From IMG/VR virus record IMGVR_UViG_3300032325_000466, positions 32,001 to 96,000 of that record: 64,000 bases of DNA; one strand, given 5' to 3'. Positions 16,801-34,190 of this stretch are shown piece by piece. Each line of letters opens with the position of its first letter. Position 1 is the first letter of the stretch. A program made the translations under genes and the position numbers. The DNA is from a virus. The notes under the pieces are model-generated. The model was not told the origin of the DNA and made no database searches. It saw only the letters and a list, made by a program, of their open reading frames with translations.

Positions 16801-19443
16801 TGTACCTAAATTACCTACGTTAGCATTACCGGTCGCACTAAGAGTAGTTGCAAATACACCAGTGGTTAATGTATTACCTGACCTTGTATTAGCTAAAGAA
16901 GTGAATGTAACTACTTCATTTGTAATTGAAACATTTGAACCAAATGCTATTTCTGCGTTGCTTACATCCCAGCCCATGAATGCTATTTTTGCTGCTGTAT
17001 CATAATAATTAAGAGCAGTACCTACATCTTTACCTGAGTTGGCGATAGGAGCAGCACCATTAGCTCCTGTTTGTAGTTGAATAATTGGATCTTCAACTGC
17101 TACTGTTTCAACATTTAGGTATGTTAAGTTTCCATTAACAAACAAATTGCCATTTACAGTTGCATTACCGCTAAAGCTTGCAGTCGTACCGTTTACCACA
17201 CCTAGATTTGCTGTTCCACTTACTGATAGACTTGTTAGTGTACCAACTGATGTTATATTTGGTTGTGCATTAGTGGTTACTGTTTGTGCTGTAGTTGCTG
17301 TTCCTGCTGCAACACCTGTTAATTGACTACCATTACCTATAAAGAAGTTGCCAGTGATATTGCCTGTTGCTGTTATTAGACCTGCTGTACCTAAATTACC
17401 TACGTTAGCATTGCCTGTTGCATTTAGAGTACCAGCAATATTAATACCGGTACTAGTGATTACTAGTTCGTTAGGTGTGCCACCAGCAGAGATATTAATA
17501 TTTCCATTTGCTGCGGGGATACTTATGTTACTATTGCCATTTGAAAAAATACCAATTAAGTTACCAGCAGTGATGTTACCTGCTAGAGATAGCTGACCAT
17601 TTGAGTCAAATACCATTGTATTACTGCTATTAGATGCGGTTATTGTTAAGCCACCTGCATCGGTGCCTGGAGTAGCTAGCGTGTAAAGTGGGTAATATGC
17701 AGTGCCATATGAACCTGCATTACTACCAATTGCTATTGTTGGTATAGTAGAGGTGTTTAACTCTGATTCTACATACCAGTTATAAGAGTTAGTATTTTGA
17801 CCTATTACTAGCGAAGGAGTGCCTGTAGTAGTATCAAAATACCATTGAAATGCAAATGCGCTGGTTTTATCAACTACTGCTTCGTTAACATAAAAAGTAG
17901 CATTTGCTCCACTTATATTACCTACTCTACTTAACTTAAAGGTAGTTTGGCTTCTGGGTCCACCGGGGTTATCAAATTGTCTAATAGCGTAGACCTTAAG
18001 GACACCACTGTACATTCCATTCACTGTGGCAGGAGCGGGCATAGTTACAACTACGCGATTTCCAGCTACTGCATTTGCATTGTCTAAGAAGGTAACCGCA
18101 GAATATCTAGTGAACACACCAACAGTTTCTACGTTTCCAATAGAAATATTATTAGCAGTGACATTGCCTGTTACTGATAGAGAAGTTAGAGTTCCAACGC
18201 TTGTAATATTAGGTTGTGCTGCTGTAGTTAGTGTACCTGTTACTGATGTACCAATTAAATTACCACCAGTGATGTTACCAGTTGCTGAAATCTCACCTGA
18301 TGCAAATATGGCGTAGTTATTTGTGCCAATAGTTGGAGCACTTGCATAAACACCGTATGCGTTATTGATTGTACCATTACCTGTTTTAGACCAACTTGCT
18401 CCGTCGGAGAAAACTCCGTAGAATGTTAGACCAGTTAGACCTGTTGTTCCTGTATTTGCAGTACCAAGTCCAGTAGCGTATCCAAACAATTGGTCACTAT
18501 TTGCCTGTGCTGCAAGAGTACCTCTACTCAAGAAACCATATGCAGTTCCTGATCCTGAAGCATTGACAGTAGCCTCTTGCCAAAAAGCAGGCGATTGTGC
18601 GATATCACTAGTTTTAAACGTCAACGCTTGTATATTAGCACCAATTGTGTTGCCTGATATATTTAACGTACCATTTATGTTAGCCCCAGTACCAGTTACT
18701 ACTAAGACATTTGCATTACCTACTGCTGAAATATTGACGTTGCCATTTGCTGCGGGGATACTAATATTACTATTACCATTTGCAAAAATACCAATTAAGT
18801 TACCAGCAGTGATGTTACCTGACACTGATAGAGAACTTAGAGTACCCACACTTGTTATGTTTGGTTGTGCTGCTGTTGTTAGTGTACCAGTAAAGAAGTT
18901 TGCACTTACTAAGTTAGCACCTGTTATTGTACCTCCGGTGCCAGCGCCAGTAGTTATATTACCAGTTGAACTTATGTTTCCTGTGGTTAGATTAGCACTA
19001 TCAGCATTACCTGACACTGATAGAGTGCCGGCAATATTAGCACCAGTACCTGTTACTACTACAATATTTGCGTTACCTACTGCTGAAATATTGATGTTTC
19101 CATTTGCTGCGGGGATACTTACATTACTATTGCCATTTGCTAAACTACCACTAAAATTACCTGTTACATTACCTACCAAGTTACCTACAAAATTATTTGC
19201 AGTGATATTACCTGTAGCTGAGATTGTTCCACTAGTAGACAGCGTATTCGCTATATCATTATTAATCGCCAATAATTGGCCAGCCGATCCCGAAAAAGCA
19301 ACTGTGCCGCTATTGTTTGGAGTAACGGTAAGCGTTATATTTTGTGCGCCGGTTGTAGCATTAGCGCCCGAAAATACAATATTTGGGTCTGATGCAGAAC
19401 CATTGTTTGGGGTTATAACAATATTTTTATCTGTGTTTGCCAT
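13801..19443 (-). CDS. long tail fibre (1880 aa) with C-terminal Peptidase_S74 intramolecular chaperone
   Basis: Gly/Asn/Thr-rich repeats ([14 protein letters not shown]); C-terminal SDYRLKEN...GFIAHELQAVIPDAV followed by a coiled coil; TATAAATA upstream. Confidence 0.92.
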   Translation of the reverse strand: MANTDKNIVITPNNGSASDPNIVFSGANATTGAQNITLTVTPNNSGTVAFSGSAGQLLAINNDIANTLSTSGTISATGNITANNFVGNLVGNVTGNFSGSLANGNSNVSIPAANGNINISAVGNANIVVVTGTGANIAGTLSVSGNADSANLTTGNISSTGNITTGAGTGGTITGANLVSANFFTGTLTTAAQPNITSVGTLSSLSVSGNITAGNLIGIFANGNSNISIPAANGNVNISAVGNANVLVVTGTGANINGTLNISGNTIGANIQALTFKTSDIAQSPAFWQEATVNASGSGTAYGFLSRGTLAAQANSDQLFGYATGLGTANTGTTGLTGLTFYGVFSDGASWSKTGNGTINNAYGVYASAPTIGTNNYAIFASGEISATGNITGGNLIGTSVTGTLTTAAQPNITSVGTLTSLSVTGNVTANNISIGNVETVGVFTRYSAVTFLDNANAVAGNRVVVTMPAPATVNGMYSGVLKVYAIRQFDNPGGPRSQTTFKLSRVGNISGANATFYVNEAVVDKTSAFAFQWYFDTTTGTPSLVIGQNTNSYNWYVESELNTSTIPTIAIGSNAGSYGTAYYPLYTLATPGTDAGGLTITASNSSNTMVFDSNGQLSLAGNITAGNLIGIFSNGNSNISIPAANGNINISAGGTPNELVITSTGINIAGTLNATGNANVGNLGTAGLITATGNITGNFFIGNGSQLTGVAAGTATTAQTVTTNAQPNITSVGTLTSLSVSGTANLGVVNGTTASFSGNATVNGNLFVNGNLTYLNVETVAVEDPIIQLQTGANGAAPIANSGKDVGTALNYYDTAAKIAFMGWDVSNAEIAFGSNVSITNEVVTFTSLANTRSGNTLTTGVFATTLSATGNANVGNLGTGGLITATGNITGGNLITGGLLSVTGAVTASSYTAANSLLGYFLANAGTTVGKVYENGNIIKLQAELANYGVALAANGIVMLSFDANGYGAIGSSSGTTGYALRIAKQTTGATTAGSILINPTVQTDVTSTALGVRTSLSTAAGASPYTINNLVGYATYGGTIGANTTVTAHIAYYVDASANTGATNYGFYGGLASAASTFNLYMTGTANNYMAGSLGIGSTSLSAINMRVSKSLTGGTTAFNFVSDGTIGSDVTTSAVLNRVVGQTQAATFTLTNLIYNQAVQGTFGLNSVVTTQSGFVADSTLTGATNNYGFRGSIASGANRFNLYMDGTANNYIAGNFGIGTSTPAVALHVKQNGQSINVEGTDHAYVQFYPRGNTTRFGWMGFGSAGTNNFTIRNDDTGRLALESGNSNVSVSANGNVTTTVAGVANVLVVTSTGANIAGTLSATGNITGNFFIGNGSQLTGITTATSLANGTSNVSIPAVNGNINLSSAGNANILVVTGTGTNITGTLSATGNANIGNIGTAGLITATGNIGGGNLNTTGIVSSSRLISTVTTGTAPFTVTSTTQVANLNVATAGTAGTVTTAAQPNITSVGTLTSLSVSGNITGGNLIGIFANGNSSISIPAANGNINISAAGSPNEIVITSTGINVAGTLNATGNANVGNLGTTTAVITTGNITTINSGLLQNGNSNVSITANANVAIAVTGANRLVVTSTGANLTGTLNISGNTTFSGTGQRIFGDFSNVTLASRTAFQTSATNSDTGIWALPNGTATSSGWVAFNNSNPTNAAYIAIDVLAGGTRLVSSRTGSGSSLPLTFAVGDTGAEAARFDTNRNFLIGSSSANVAYDSVSWKWIGYQVISRNTTAETNQIVFYNPNGQVGFINTNGSVTTYGSVSDYRLKENAQPMTGALAKILSLNPVTYTWKSDGSSGQGFIAHELQAVIPDAVSGTKDAVDEEGNPRYQGVDTSLVVATLVASVKELTALVTQLQAEVNNLKNS
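14795..17582. repeat. dispersed ~196-nt direct repeat (14795-14990 and 17387-17582) inside the tail fibre gene
   Basis: Visual alignment; differences are mostly at synonymous positions. Confidence 0.85.
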
Positions 19444-19477
19444 ATATCAGTCTACTTTAAATTTATTTATATTTTGG

Positions 19478-27183
<7,706 letters not shown>

Positions 27184-27235
27184 TTTTAAAGTTTCCTTTT
27201 GTTATTTATTAAGTATTTAACATGTCTTACTATTC

Positions 27236-28498
27236 TCAATCTGCATATACTATTATTGAAAGCTTATAAGTTATAGTATTAGCAGCTTTAGGGGAAACTA
27301 AAAGTTGTATAGTATTTGGCGAACCAGCAACATAGGCAACTTGAAAGTTTCCCACATCCCCATTTATATACAATCCAGAATATTCGTTAAACTGGACCTC
27401 ACTACCTAGAAGTACCGATGCTAGTTTCACTGATTGTCTTATATTTGCAGTATTATCTGTAGCTATAATGTTAAAATCTACACCAGAAACTCCCGTTACA
27501 GGCAAGCTGTAAAGGATTTGATTCGGTACAGTATTTATCGTAAAAGCAGTTAATCCAGACAAAGTAGCTACATTATTACTACCTGTACTTACCTGTACGG
27601 AGTCTGCTATAAGACTGCCTGCAAGCGTTAAAACATTATTACCAGTGTCAAAAGTTAAATTAGCACTTCCATCAAACGCACCCGCATTATTAAACTGAAT
27701 TTGGGTAGTATTCCCTCCTGGATCGGTTTGTGCACCTGTTGCCCCTGGGAGGCCCGTTGCACCTGTCGCTCCATCGAAACCTGTAGCGCCTACATCACCT
27801 GTAGCGCCCGTTAAACCTGTTGATCCTATCGAACCTGTTGCACCTATTTCACCAGTTGCCCCTGTTGCACCACCTGGATCACCTTGTGGACCAGTAGCAC
27901 CAATAGGGCCAGTTGCACCTTCAAGTCCAGTACTACCAGTAGCACCATCTGCGCCCGAGCTACCTGTTGCACCAACAAGACCAGTAGCACCAATTACACC
28001 GGTGGCACCTATCTCACCAGTAGCTCCAGTTACACCAGTAGCTCCTGCGGGGCCTGTTGCTCCAGTTGGACCAGTAGCTCCGGTTGCCCCTGTAGTACTG
28101 CTAGCAGCCCAACTTAAATTACCTGTACCATCTGTAGATAGAACATATCCAGCAGTACCACCAGTGATTTTTACATTACCAACAGTGCCTAGTTGTGTAA
28201 TGCCCTGTACGGTGATATTAGTGATTGTTAATAAACTGTTAGCACTGTTAAAGGTAAAGTTTGCGCTAGCGGCAAATTCACCATTGCTATTAAATTGAAC
28301 TTGAGTATTAGAACCAGCGGCGCTACCACTAATAGGAGCACCATTGCTGAAATAATAACTGTTTGCATAAACAGTATTGGCAACAACATTAGCAGCTACT
28401 AATCTACCAGTGGTAACATTTCCATTAACATCTATGACTTCAATTGGGGGAATATTTACACTAAAACCACCCGCTGAATTGAATTTTTCAAATGCCAT
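27236..28498 (-). CDS. collagen-like virion protein (MAFEKF..., about 420 aa)
   Basis: N- and C-termini paralogous to 22981-27183; central G-X-T tract; start adjusted to 28498. Confidence 0.85.
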   Translation of the reverse strand: MAFEKFNSAGGFSVNIPPIEVIDVNGNVTTGRLVAANVVANTVYANSYYFSNGAPISGSAAGSNTQVQFNSNGEFAASANFTFNSANSLLTITNITVQGITQLGTVGNVKITGGTAGYVLSTDGTGNLSWAASSTTGATGATGPTGATGPAGATGVTGATGEIGATGVIGATGLVGATGSSGADGATGSTGLEGATGPIGATGPQGDPGGATGATGEIGATGSIGSTGLTGATGDVGATGFDGATGATGLPGATGAQTDPGGNTTQIQFNNAGAFDGSANLTFDTGNNVLTLAGSLIADSVQVSTGSNNVATLSGLTAFTINTVPNQILYSLPVTGVSGVDFNIIATDNTANIRQSVKLASVLLGSEVQFNEYSGLYINGDVGNFQVAYVAGSPNTIQLLVSPKAANTITYKLSIIVYAD

Positions 28499-28618
28499 TA
28501 TTCTGCCCAATAATAATTGTAATAATATATTTATCAATATAAAATAATAATGCCGCGTATTCGACGGAATAAAAAATTAACACGGGTGTCTTTTTACACG
28601 ATCAAACTAAATATAAGA

Positions 28619-29317
28619 ATGAATTATCGTGAAGCTACTATATATTGGATACATCTTACCACTCATACTGATATAGCAACTCAGGGATTTATAGGTGTAT
28701 CTACCAATTACTTAAAAAGATACAAAGTTCATCGTAATGCCAGCATTAAAAATACGCACACCAATCAACAACTAGCCACAGCTTTTAATACTCACACTGA
28801 TATAGTAGTTGATGTGTTTATGATGGGTACCAAATCATTTTGTCATCAAATCGAAGCTAAATTGAGGCCCACAACCAATATAGGATGGAACGTGGCACCT
28901 GGTGGTCGAGTAGGACCGGGATGGGCTAAGGGTAAAAATGTTGTAGGTGGTAGGCGATCTATTGCTCACCAACCCAATCGTCCTTTTTGCAAACTGTGTA
29001 AATCAGCCCTGGCCAAAGCCAATGGTGTTACTAAAAATAAATTCAAAAAATGGCACAAATATTGTTCGGGTTGTGCTAAGGCAGCGTATAACCCAAAATA
29101 TGGACACCTTTTACATAAAAAGCCCCAGTGTGAAGCGTGTGGATTTATAGCAGCAGACAAATGTCAACTAGATGTAGTATATCGTGATGGAAATAAAAAG
29201 AACAAAGATAAAAGCAACATAAAAACACTGTGCGCTAACTGTAATCGATTGATGAATAAAAAGTTAAAGACTAAATCTATTATGGATATAACAATTGACA
29301 GTGATGTACGAATTTAA
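28619..29317 (+). CDS. GIY-YIG-like domain fused to Zn-finger/degenerate HNH domain
   Basis: IYWIH...GFIGVS...RYKVH...E N-terminal domain; CxxC pairs and C-terminal 'CQLDVVYRDGNKKN...NIKTLCANCNRL'; late box 5 nt before the ATG. Confidence 0.75.
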   Translation: MNYREATIYWIHLTTHTDIATQGFIGVSTNYLKRYKVHRNASIKNTHTNQQLATAFNTHTDIVVDVFMMGTKSFCHQIEAKLRPTTNIGWNVAPGGRVGPGWAKGKNVVGGRRSIAHQPNRPFCKLCKSALAKANGVTKNKFKKWHKYCSGCAKAAYNPKYGHLLHKKPQCEACGFIAADKCQLDVVYRDGNKKNKDKSNIKTLCANCNRLMNKKLKTKSIMDITIDSDVRI

Positions 29318-29329
29318 TTTTAGCCAAAC

Positions 29330-29353
29330 AAAAAGCACTTGTGAGTGCTTTTT
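29330..29353. terminator. bidirectional intrinsic terminator
   Basis: AAAAAGCACT-TGTG-AGTGCTTTTT between convergent genes. Confidence 0.85.
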
Positions 29354-29456
29354 GCTTTTCTTCCCATCCCTTAAATTCTATTAGTATTTAGCCAGTTAAT
29401 TTGTGTATTATATGATACTATATTACAAAAATGTTACTTTGGTAAAAAATATTTTT

Positions 29457-30260
29457 TTAAGCGCCTACATTAGTTGAAGGGAATTGTCTAGTTGTGCCTG
29501 GCCAAACTATGCGTACTGCGCCGGTGCCTGTGGTGAAAGTGCTTGGTAGACTGCCGTAGCGGCCACCGTCGCCTACTATAACCTGAATTGTTTGTCCTGG
29601 AGTAACACTTATATTATTAGCCCAAGCTGCTGCGCCACCGCCTCCGGAAAGTCCACCGCCTCCGTAGTTGCCGCCTTTTGAATTGCCACCTGTTTGACCG
29701 GCTACACCGCCTGATCCGCCTCCGCCACCGGTACCATTTGATGGTCCCCCGGCAGCGCCGCCTCCGCCACCTCCACCGTTAGTACCTGCAGTACCTGGCT
29801 GACCGTAAACCGATGTTCCACCGGCGCCCGACGCACCAAACCCCAAAATGCCTACACCGCCTCCGCCGCCTGGGTACGCACCACCACCGGTGCCACCTCC
29901 ACCACCTCCATAATTTCCGCCTCCTCCTCCTCCTGCAGATCCGCTGCCGCCGGCTCCGCCTGAACCGCCAGTTCCATAAATAACGGTACCACCTGCCCCA
30001 CCAGTTGCACCAGTTGGATTTTTTCCACCACCTGCTTTACATGTAGTTCCATTAAAAGAAGAATCCTCTCCGGCGCCAGTGGCGGGACCTGGGGAGAAAC
30101 AGCCTCCCCCACCAATACATAGTACTGAAACGCTTGTAACTCCATCGGGAACTGTCCAACTATATGTTCCTGGGGTAGTGTAAGCTTGAGCACCGGTTGG
30201 TGGAGGTTGACCGGAAAGTGTGATACCAGAAAGAGTGATATTTTCAAATATAATTGGCAT
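29457..30260 (-). CDS. glycine-rich virion/fibre-associated protein
   Basis: YTTPGTYSWTVPDGVTSVSVLCIGGGG...GGGG...GAVRIVW pattern of phage glycine-rich domains. Confidence 0.85.
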   Translation of the reverse strand: MPIIFENITLSGITLSGQPPPTGAQAYTTPGTYSWTVPDGVTSVSVLCIGGGGCFSPGPATGAGEDSSFNGTTCKAGGGKNPTGATGGAGGTVIYGTGGSGGAGGSGSAGGGGGGNYGGGGGGTGGGAYPGGGGGVGILGFGASGAGGTSVYGQPGTAGTNGGGGGGGAAGGPSNGTGGGGGSGGVAGQTGGNSKGGNYGGGGLSGGGGAAAWANNISVTPGQTIQVIVGDGGRYGSLPSTFTTGTGAVRIVWPGTTRQFPSTNVGA

Positions 30261-30325
30261 TTTAAAAATCCTGTATTAGTTTATATTTATCTCATTTTGA
30301 ATATACTCTATGATATAGCTTTAAC

Positions 30326-31090
30326 TCAACGCTTTTTACAGTTGTCTCCGTGCCACCTTGTGTAGTTACTTGGACCTACAACTATTCCACAATGTTCACA
30401 TGTCTTTTGTAAATCAGGTCTACGATTTGGATTATTTTCAGAAAATTCTTTCTTCATTCTTTCAGCCATTCTATCTCCAAATCCTTTTGGTTTTTTAACT
30501 CCTTTTAATTTCACAGACCTTATTTGTTTTTGTTCTTCGCTCATTGGGCCTTTAGGTTTACCCTTCGAGGCTAGTGACATTAGTTTTTTAGTTTCATCAC
30601 TTCTTTTTTGTCCTGTGACTTTATCAATTCTTTTTCTTTGTCCTTCAGCTTGTTTAACAGGATCTATTTTTCTATTACGAGTTCGTTCTCTATGCTGTTC
30701 TAAATCTTCGCCTTCTAATTTTAGACCTTTGTTCCAAGCTTTGCGGCCCTTCATTTTTTTACTATGGTTCTCTGCATGTTCTATTCTATACTTTTCATAC
30801 ACTCTTGCTGTTATTTTTGTATGATAACGTTCTTGATATCTATTTTCTGCTTTCATTCCATTGAGTGCATATAGCATCTTACTTCTGTCATCACCTTCAG
30901 TCATCTTAATAAGTAGCCAATGACATATAAAGTGTTCTCTTGCTGTTAGATCCACTAAGTTTTCTTTGTCATTACTACCACCTAATGATTGTGGTATAAT
31001 ATGATGCGTTTCGGTGTAACCCTCTGTAATGCGTTGTTTGGCATTAGAAGTTATTCTATAATAGCGTTTGGAGTATTTGTTAGTAAGCAT
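30326..31090 (-). mobile_element. HNH homing endonuclease with NUMOD3 repeats
   Basis: ETHHIIPQSLGGSNDKENLVDLTAREHFICH; SDETKKLMS/MSEEQKQ repeats; inserted just after the capsid gene terminator. Confidence 0.9.
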
Positions 31091-31136
31091 AATTTTATTT
31101 ATACATAATAACATCTTTCAGTGATTTTAGATACAG

Positions 31137-31160
31137 AAATGGGCACCAAAGTGCCCATTT
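31137..31160 (-). terminator. terminator after major capsid gene
   Basis: AAATGGGCAC-CAAA-GTGCCCATTT. Confidence 0.8.
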
Positions 31161-31202
31161 TTATTTGCTTCAAAATTCAGTTTATCACTGAAAAGTGAAA
31201 TT

Positions 31203-32399
31203 TTATTGGAATGTAAGGTTCTGAACTGCAATTTCTCCCACATAATCAGCCGCATTACCAAAACTGCTTGCGGTGTTAGTGAGTTCTATGTAGCCATATC
31301 TTGTCATAAAGCTAACTACTGGTTCGAAGGTGTTAGGATCTAGAACAACACCACTGCTCATTAGAGGAATATATGGGCAATAGAAAGCTGCCGCATCTGT
31401 CTCTGATGAACCCTTATAACCAACTAGTACTGGCTGTGTGTCAGGAGCGTAAGAGTTAACGAATACACGCATTGCACCGTTTAGTGTACCAACGAACTTG
31501 GTGTTTGTTGGAGCTTCGAATGTACCTTCTGTTGTACGAGCAAATGCTGATGTTGTAGCACTTTGTAGAACAGTTAGTGAAGCTGGTGAAACAACGGCCC
31601 AATTACCTGCACCGCGACGAGTACGCTGTGCGATTAGGTTAGCAACACGATTGATTAGAACTGCTAAAGCAGCATGTTCGTCACCAACGTATGTAGCTGT
31701 ACCTGATACAGTAGCTTGGTTGAATGTGTATTCAGTTGAAGCTAGAGTAGCTAGAGATAATAGAATCTCTTGGTCAATTTCAGCAGTAATTTCTTGAGCT
31801 AGAGCAGCCATGATTTCTGCTTCAACGTCGATGCCATGTTGTGACTGAGCATCTTGTGCAGCTTCGAATGTCCAACGAGCTTGTAGCTTGCGTGACTTAG
31901 CTTCGACAGCTTGACGTAGAATTTGTACTGAAATTTGCTTACCGCCATTGCCTTCAAGAACAGCAGTATTATTACCAGTGTAACCACTAGCAGTACTACT
32001 ATTCTGTGGTGTGCGAGAATAAGCCTGTGCAATTAAGAATGGGCTTAGAGCTTCTTGACCAGCTACTACTGATGTTTGTGCTGCTGAGTTGTCAGTTAAA
32101 TTCTGAGCATAGCGAACACGAAGAGTATGAATCTGACCAACTGGTCCTGTCATTGGCTGAACGCCTACCAATTCGTTAGCGATAACGGTTGGCATAACAC
32201 GACGGATTACTGGTAGAATAACGCGGTTTAGAGTTGCGATATTACCAGCTGTAGTTGTACCGGCTGAACTTTCAGCTAGTAGTTGTTTTTTGGTGTTTTC
32301 TAAAATAACACCCATTGTTGAACGGCGAGTTCCTTTTAAGCCTTCTAACAGGGCCTCTTTGGTCTCTCCCCAACGGCTTTCTAATAGTACTTTTGACAT
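31203..32399 (-). CDS. gp23: major capsid protein (T4 gp23-like)
   Basis: VGVQPMTGPVGQIHTLR, RKLQARWTFEAAQD, EITAEIDQEI, AAFYCPYIP, FMTRYG. Confidence 0.97.
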   Translation of the reverse strand: MSKVLLESRWGETKEALLEGLKGTRRSTMGVILENTKKQLLAESSAGTTTAGNIATLNRVILPVIRRVMPTVIANELVGVQPMTGPVGQIHTLRVRYAQNLTDNSAAQTSVVAGQEALSPFLIAQAYSRTPQNSSTASGYTGNNTAVLEGNGGKQISVQILRQAVEAKSRKLQARWTFEAAQDAQSQHGIDVEAEIMAALAQEITAEIDQEILLSLATLASTEYTFNQATVSGTATYVGDEHAALAVLINRVANLIAQRTRRGAGNWAVVSPASLTVLQSATTSAFARTTEGTFEAPTNTKFVGTLNGAMRVFVNSYAPDTQPVLVGYKGSSETDAAAFYCPYIPLMSSGVVLDPNTFEPVVSFMTRYGYIELTNTASSFGNAADYVGEIAVQNLTFQ

Positions 32400-32429
32400 T
32401 TTATGTTTCTCCTAAATATATGTCGTAAA

Positions 32430-33524
32430 TTAAAGCCCTGCTAGGCGTTTGATATCGATAACGTTATCACGTCCTTCGACTTCAACTTCCTGTTTGGCAG
32501 CTTTATCCCCAGTTACTTCTACCACGCTCTCACTGATAATAGCTTTAGACTTCTTTTCAGCTCCTGTGTTTAGAACTGCTGGTAGATATTTGTCGAAAGT
32601 GGCTTTCAATTTTGTTGTTGGCACGCTTTCTAGTAAGTTTTGCATTACTTTTGCTTTTTCATCATTTAATGAACCTAGCAATTCTGTCAATGTCTTTTCA
32701 CGAACATTGCTTTCTTTGATAATGCGAACTTCACGTTCTTTTGTTTCAATCAGCTTTTGTGAATCTTTAGCTGACTTGATGGCTTCGGCTAGTTGATTAT
32801 CTTTATGCGCTAGCTGTTGCATTAGTTTGCGAGTTTCAGCTTTCTCACTTAAATGAGTAACACTAAATTCACCTGCAAATGCTTCAAATAGACGACGACC
32901 AAAGTTATTTTCTTTTGCCGTTTTGATATCTTCTTTCAACTGTCCTAACTCACCCTTTAGTTGACTTGTTACAGCAGCATTCAATCTTCTAGCACTTTCA
33001 GCTACAAAACGAGCTTTTAGTGATTCTAATTGTTTGCGACCTTCAGCTACTAACTTGACCTTAGCTTCAACAACTGCTTGCTTGTCTTGTGCGAATTCTT
33101 TAATTTCGCGGGCAAGAGCGTGAACAATAAATTGCTCTAGCTTTTGTTGACTTTCTTTTTGAATCTTACGATCAGAGCGTAATTCTTTAATTTCTTCAGC
33201 TAGTTTAGTAACCATGAAATCATTGAACTTTGTTGCGCTTTCGCGTAATTTTACTTGTGCTTTCACACGGTCTTCATTCATTGCTTGTCTTTCAACTTGA
33301 AATTCTTGAATCTCAGTTGTTAGGCCTTCTGTAATCATTTTGTCAAGGGCTTCTACCATAACACTACGATCATGCTCATAGCGTTGTGCGAATTCTTCTC
33401 TTAATTCTGCGCGTACCTGTTCACGAGCTTCTACCAATTTAGATTCCCATGCTTCGCTGATAGCTTGGCTAGTTTCTTCGTTGATGATTCCGCTTTCAAG
33501 TAGTGGCTTTATAGCATCAAACAT
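32430..33524 (-). CDS. prohead scaffold protein (gp22-like)
   Basis: Glu/Lys-rich coiled coil between protease and capsid genes; C-terminal IKRLAGL. Confidence 0.9.
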   Translation of the reverse strand: MFDAIKPLLESGIINEETSQAISEAWESKLVEAREQVRAELREEFAQRYEHDRSVMVEALDKMITEGLTTEIQEFQVERQAMNEDRVKAQVKLRESATKFNDFMVTKLAEEIKELRSDRKIQKESQQKLEQFIVHALAREIKEFAQDKQAVVEAKVKLVAEGRKQLESLKARFVAESARRLNAAVTSQLKGELGQLKEDIKTAKENNFGRRLFEAFAGEFSVTHLSEKAETRKLMQQLAHKDNQLAEAIKSAKDSQKLIETKEREVRIIKESNVREKTLTELLGSLNDEKAKVMQNLLESVPTTKLKATFDKYLPAVLNTGAEKKSKAIISESVVEVTGDKAAKQEVEVEGRDNVIDIKRLAGL

Positions 33525-33527
33525 GCT

Positions 33528-34175
33528 TTATTCCCCTTTGTTAATCTTGAGGTCCTTAATAAGACGAACCACTTCGTCTTTTAGGTATCTCTGTACTTTT
33601 CTGTCGCCTTGAGCGCCCTTAGCTATATCCAACATCTTATGACCATGTTTCATATTCATAAGAGATTCATAAATTGCTTTCGGATAAGCATTTGGTGCGC
33701 TTGGCTGTGCGACGATATCCACAGTGACAATTTCAAAGTCACTTACTTTGCCATCCATATCGTTCACGTTTCCGCTACCTCGACTAGATACGCCAAGTTT
33801 TACACCACTCTCCAACATGGTAGCGACTAACTGCCCCATTGGAGTTGGTAAAATCTTTAGTTTTCCGAATCCATTAGCACCGTCCATCCACATTTGAGTA
33901 ATCATATGTGAAACGCGATCTAAATTGATTTTTAAATCATCTGGGTGATCTACTTCACCTAGAACTGAATAGCCTTCGCTAATTTGTTGATTTAGTGTGC
34001 TAACCGCTGACTCAATTTCAGATACGGGGTAAATGCGCTCATTGGCATTTTTAACCCCGCCCTGAATGAAAATCCCCTTCATATAAAGAGATTTTTTGTC
34101 TCCATCTTCCTTGACAGATTCGACCACCATACTAGCGCGGTCGAATGTCAAGTGTTCTTTTAGATACAAAGCCAT
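33528..34175 (-). CDS. gp21: prohead protease (T4 gp21-like)
   Basis: GIFIQGGVKNANERIYP, GEVDHP, LGVSSRGSG, TVDIVAQPSAPNAYP. Confidence 0.96.
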   Translation of the reverse strand: MALYLKEHLTFDRASMVVESVKEDGDKKSLYMKGIFIQGGVKNANERIYPVSEIESAVSTLNQQISEGYSVLGEVDHPDDLKINLDRVSHMITQMWMDGANGFGKLKILPTPMGQLVATMLESGVKLGVSSRGSGNVNDMDGKVSDFEIVTVDIVAQPSAPNAYPKAIYESLMNMKHGHKMLDIAKGAQGDRKVQRYLKDEVVRLIKDLKINKGE

Positions 34176-34190
34176 GGTCTAATAGAATTC

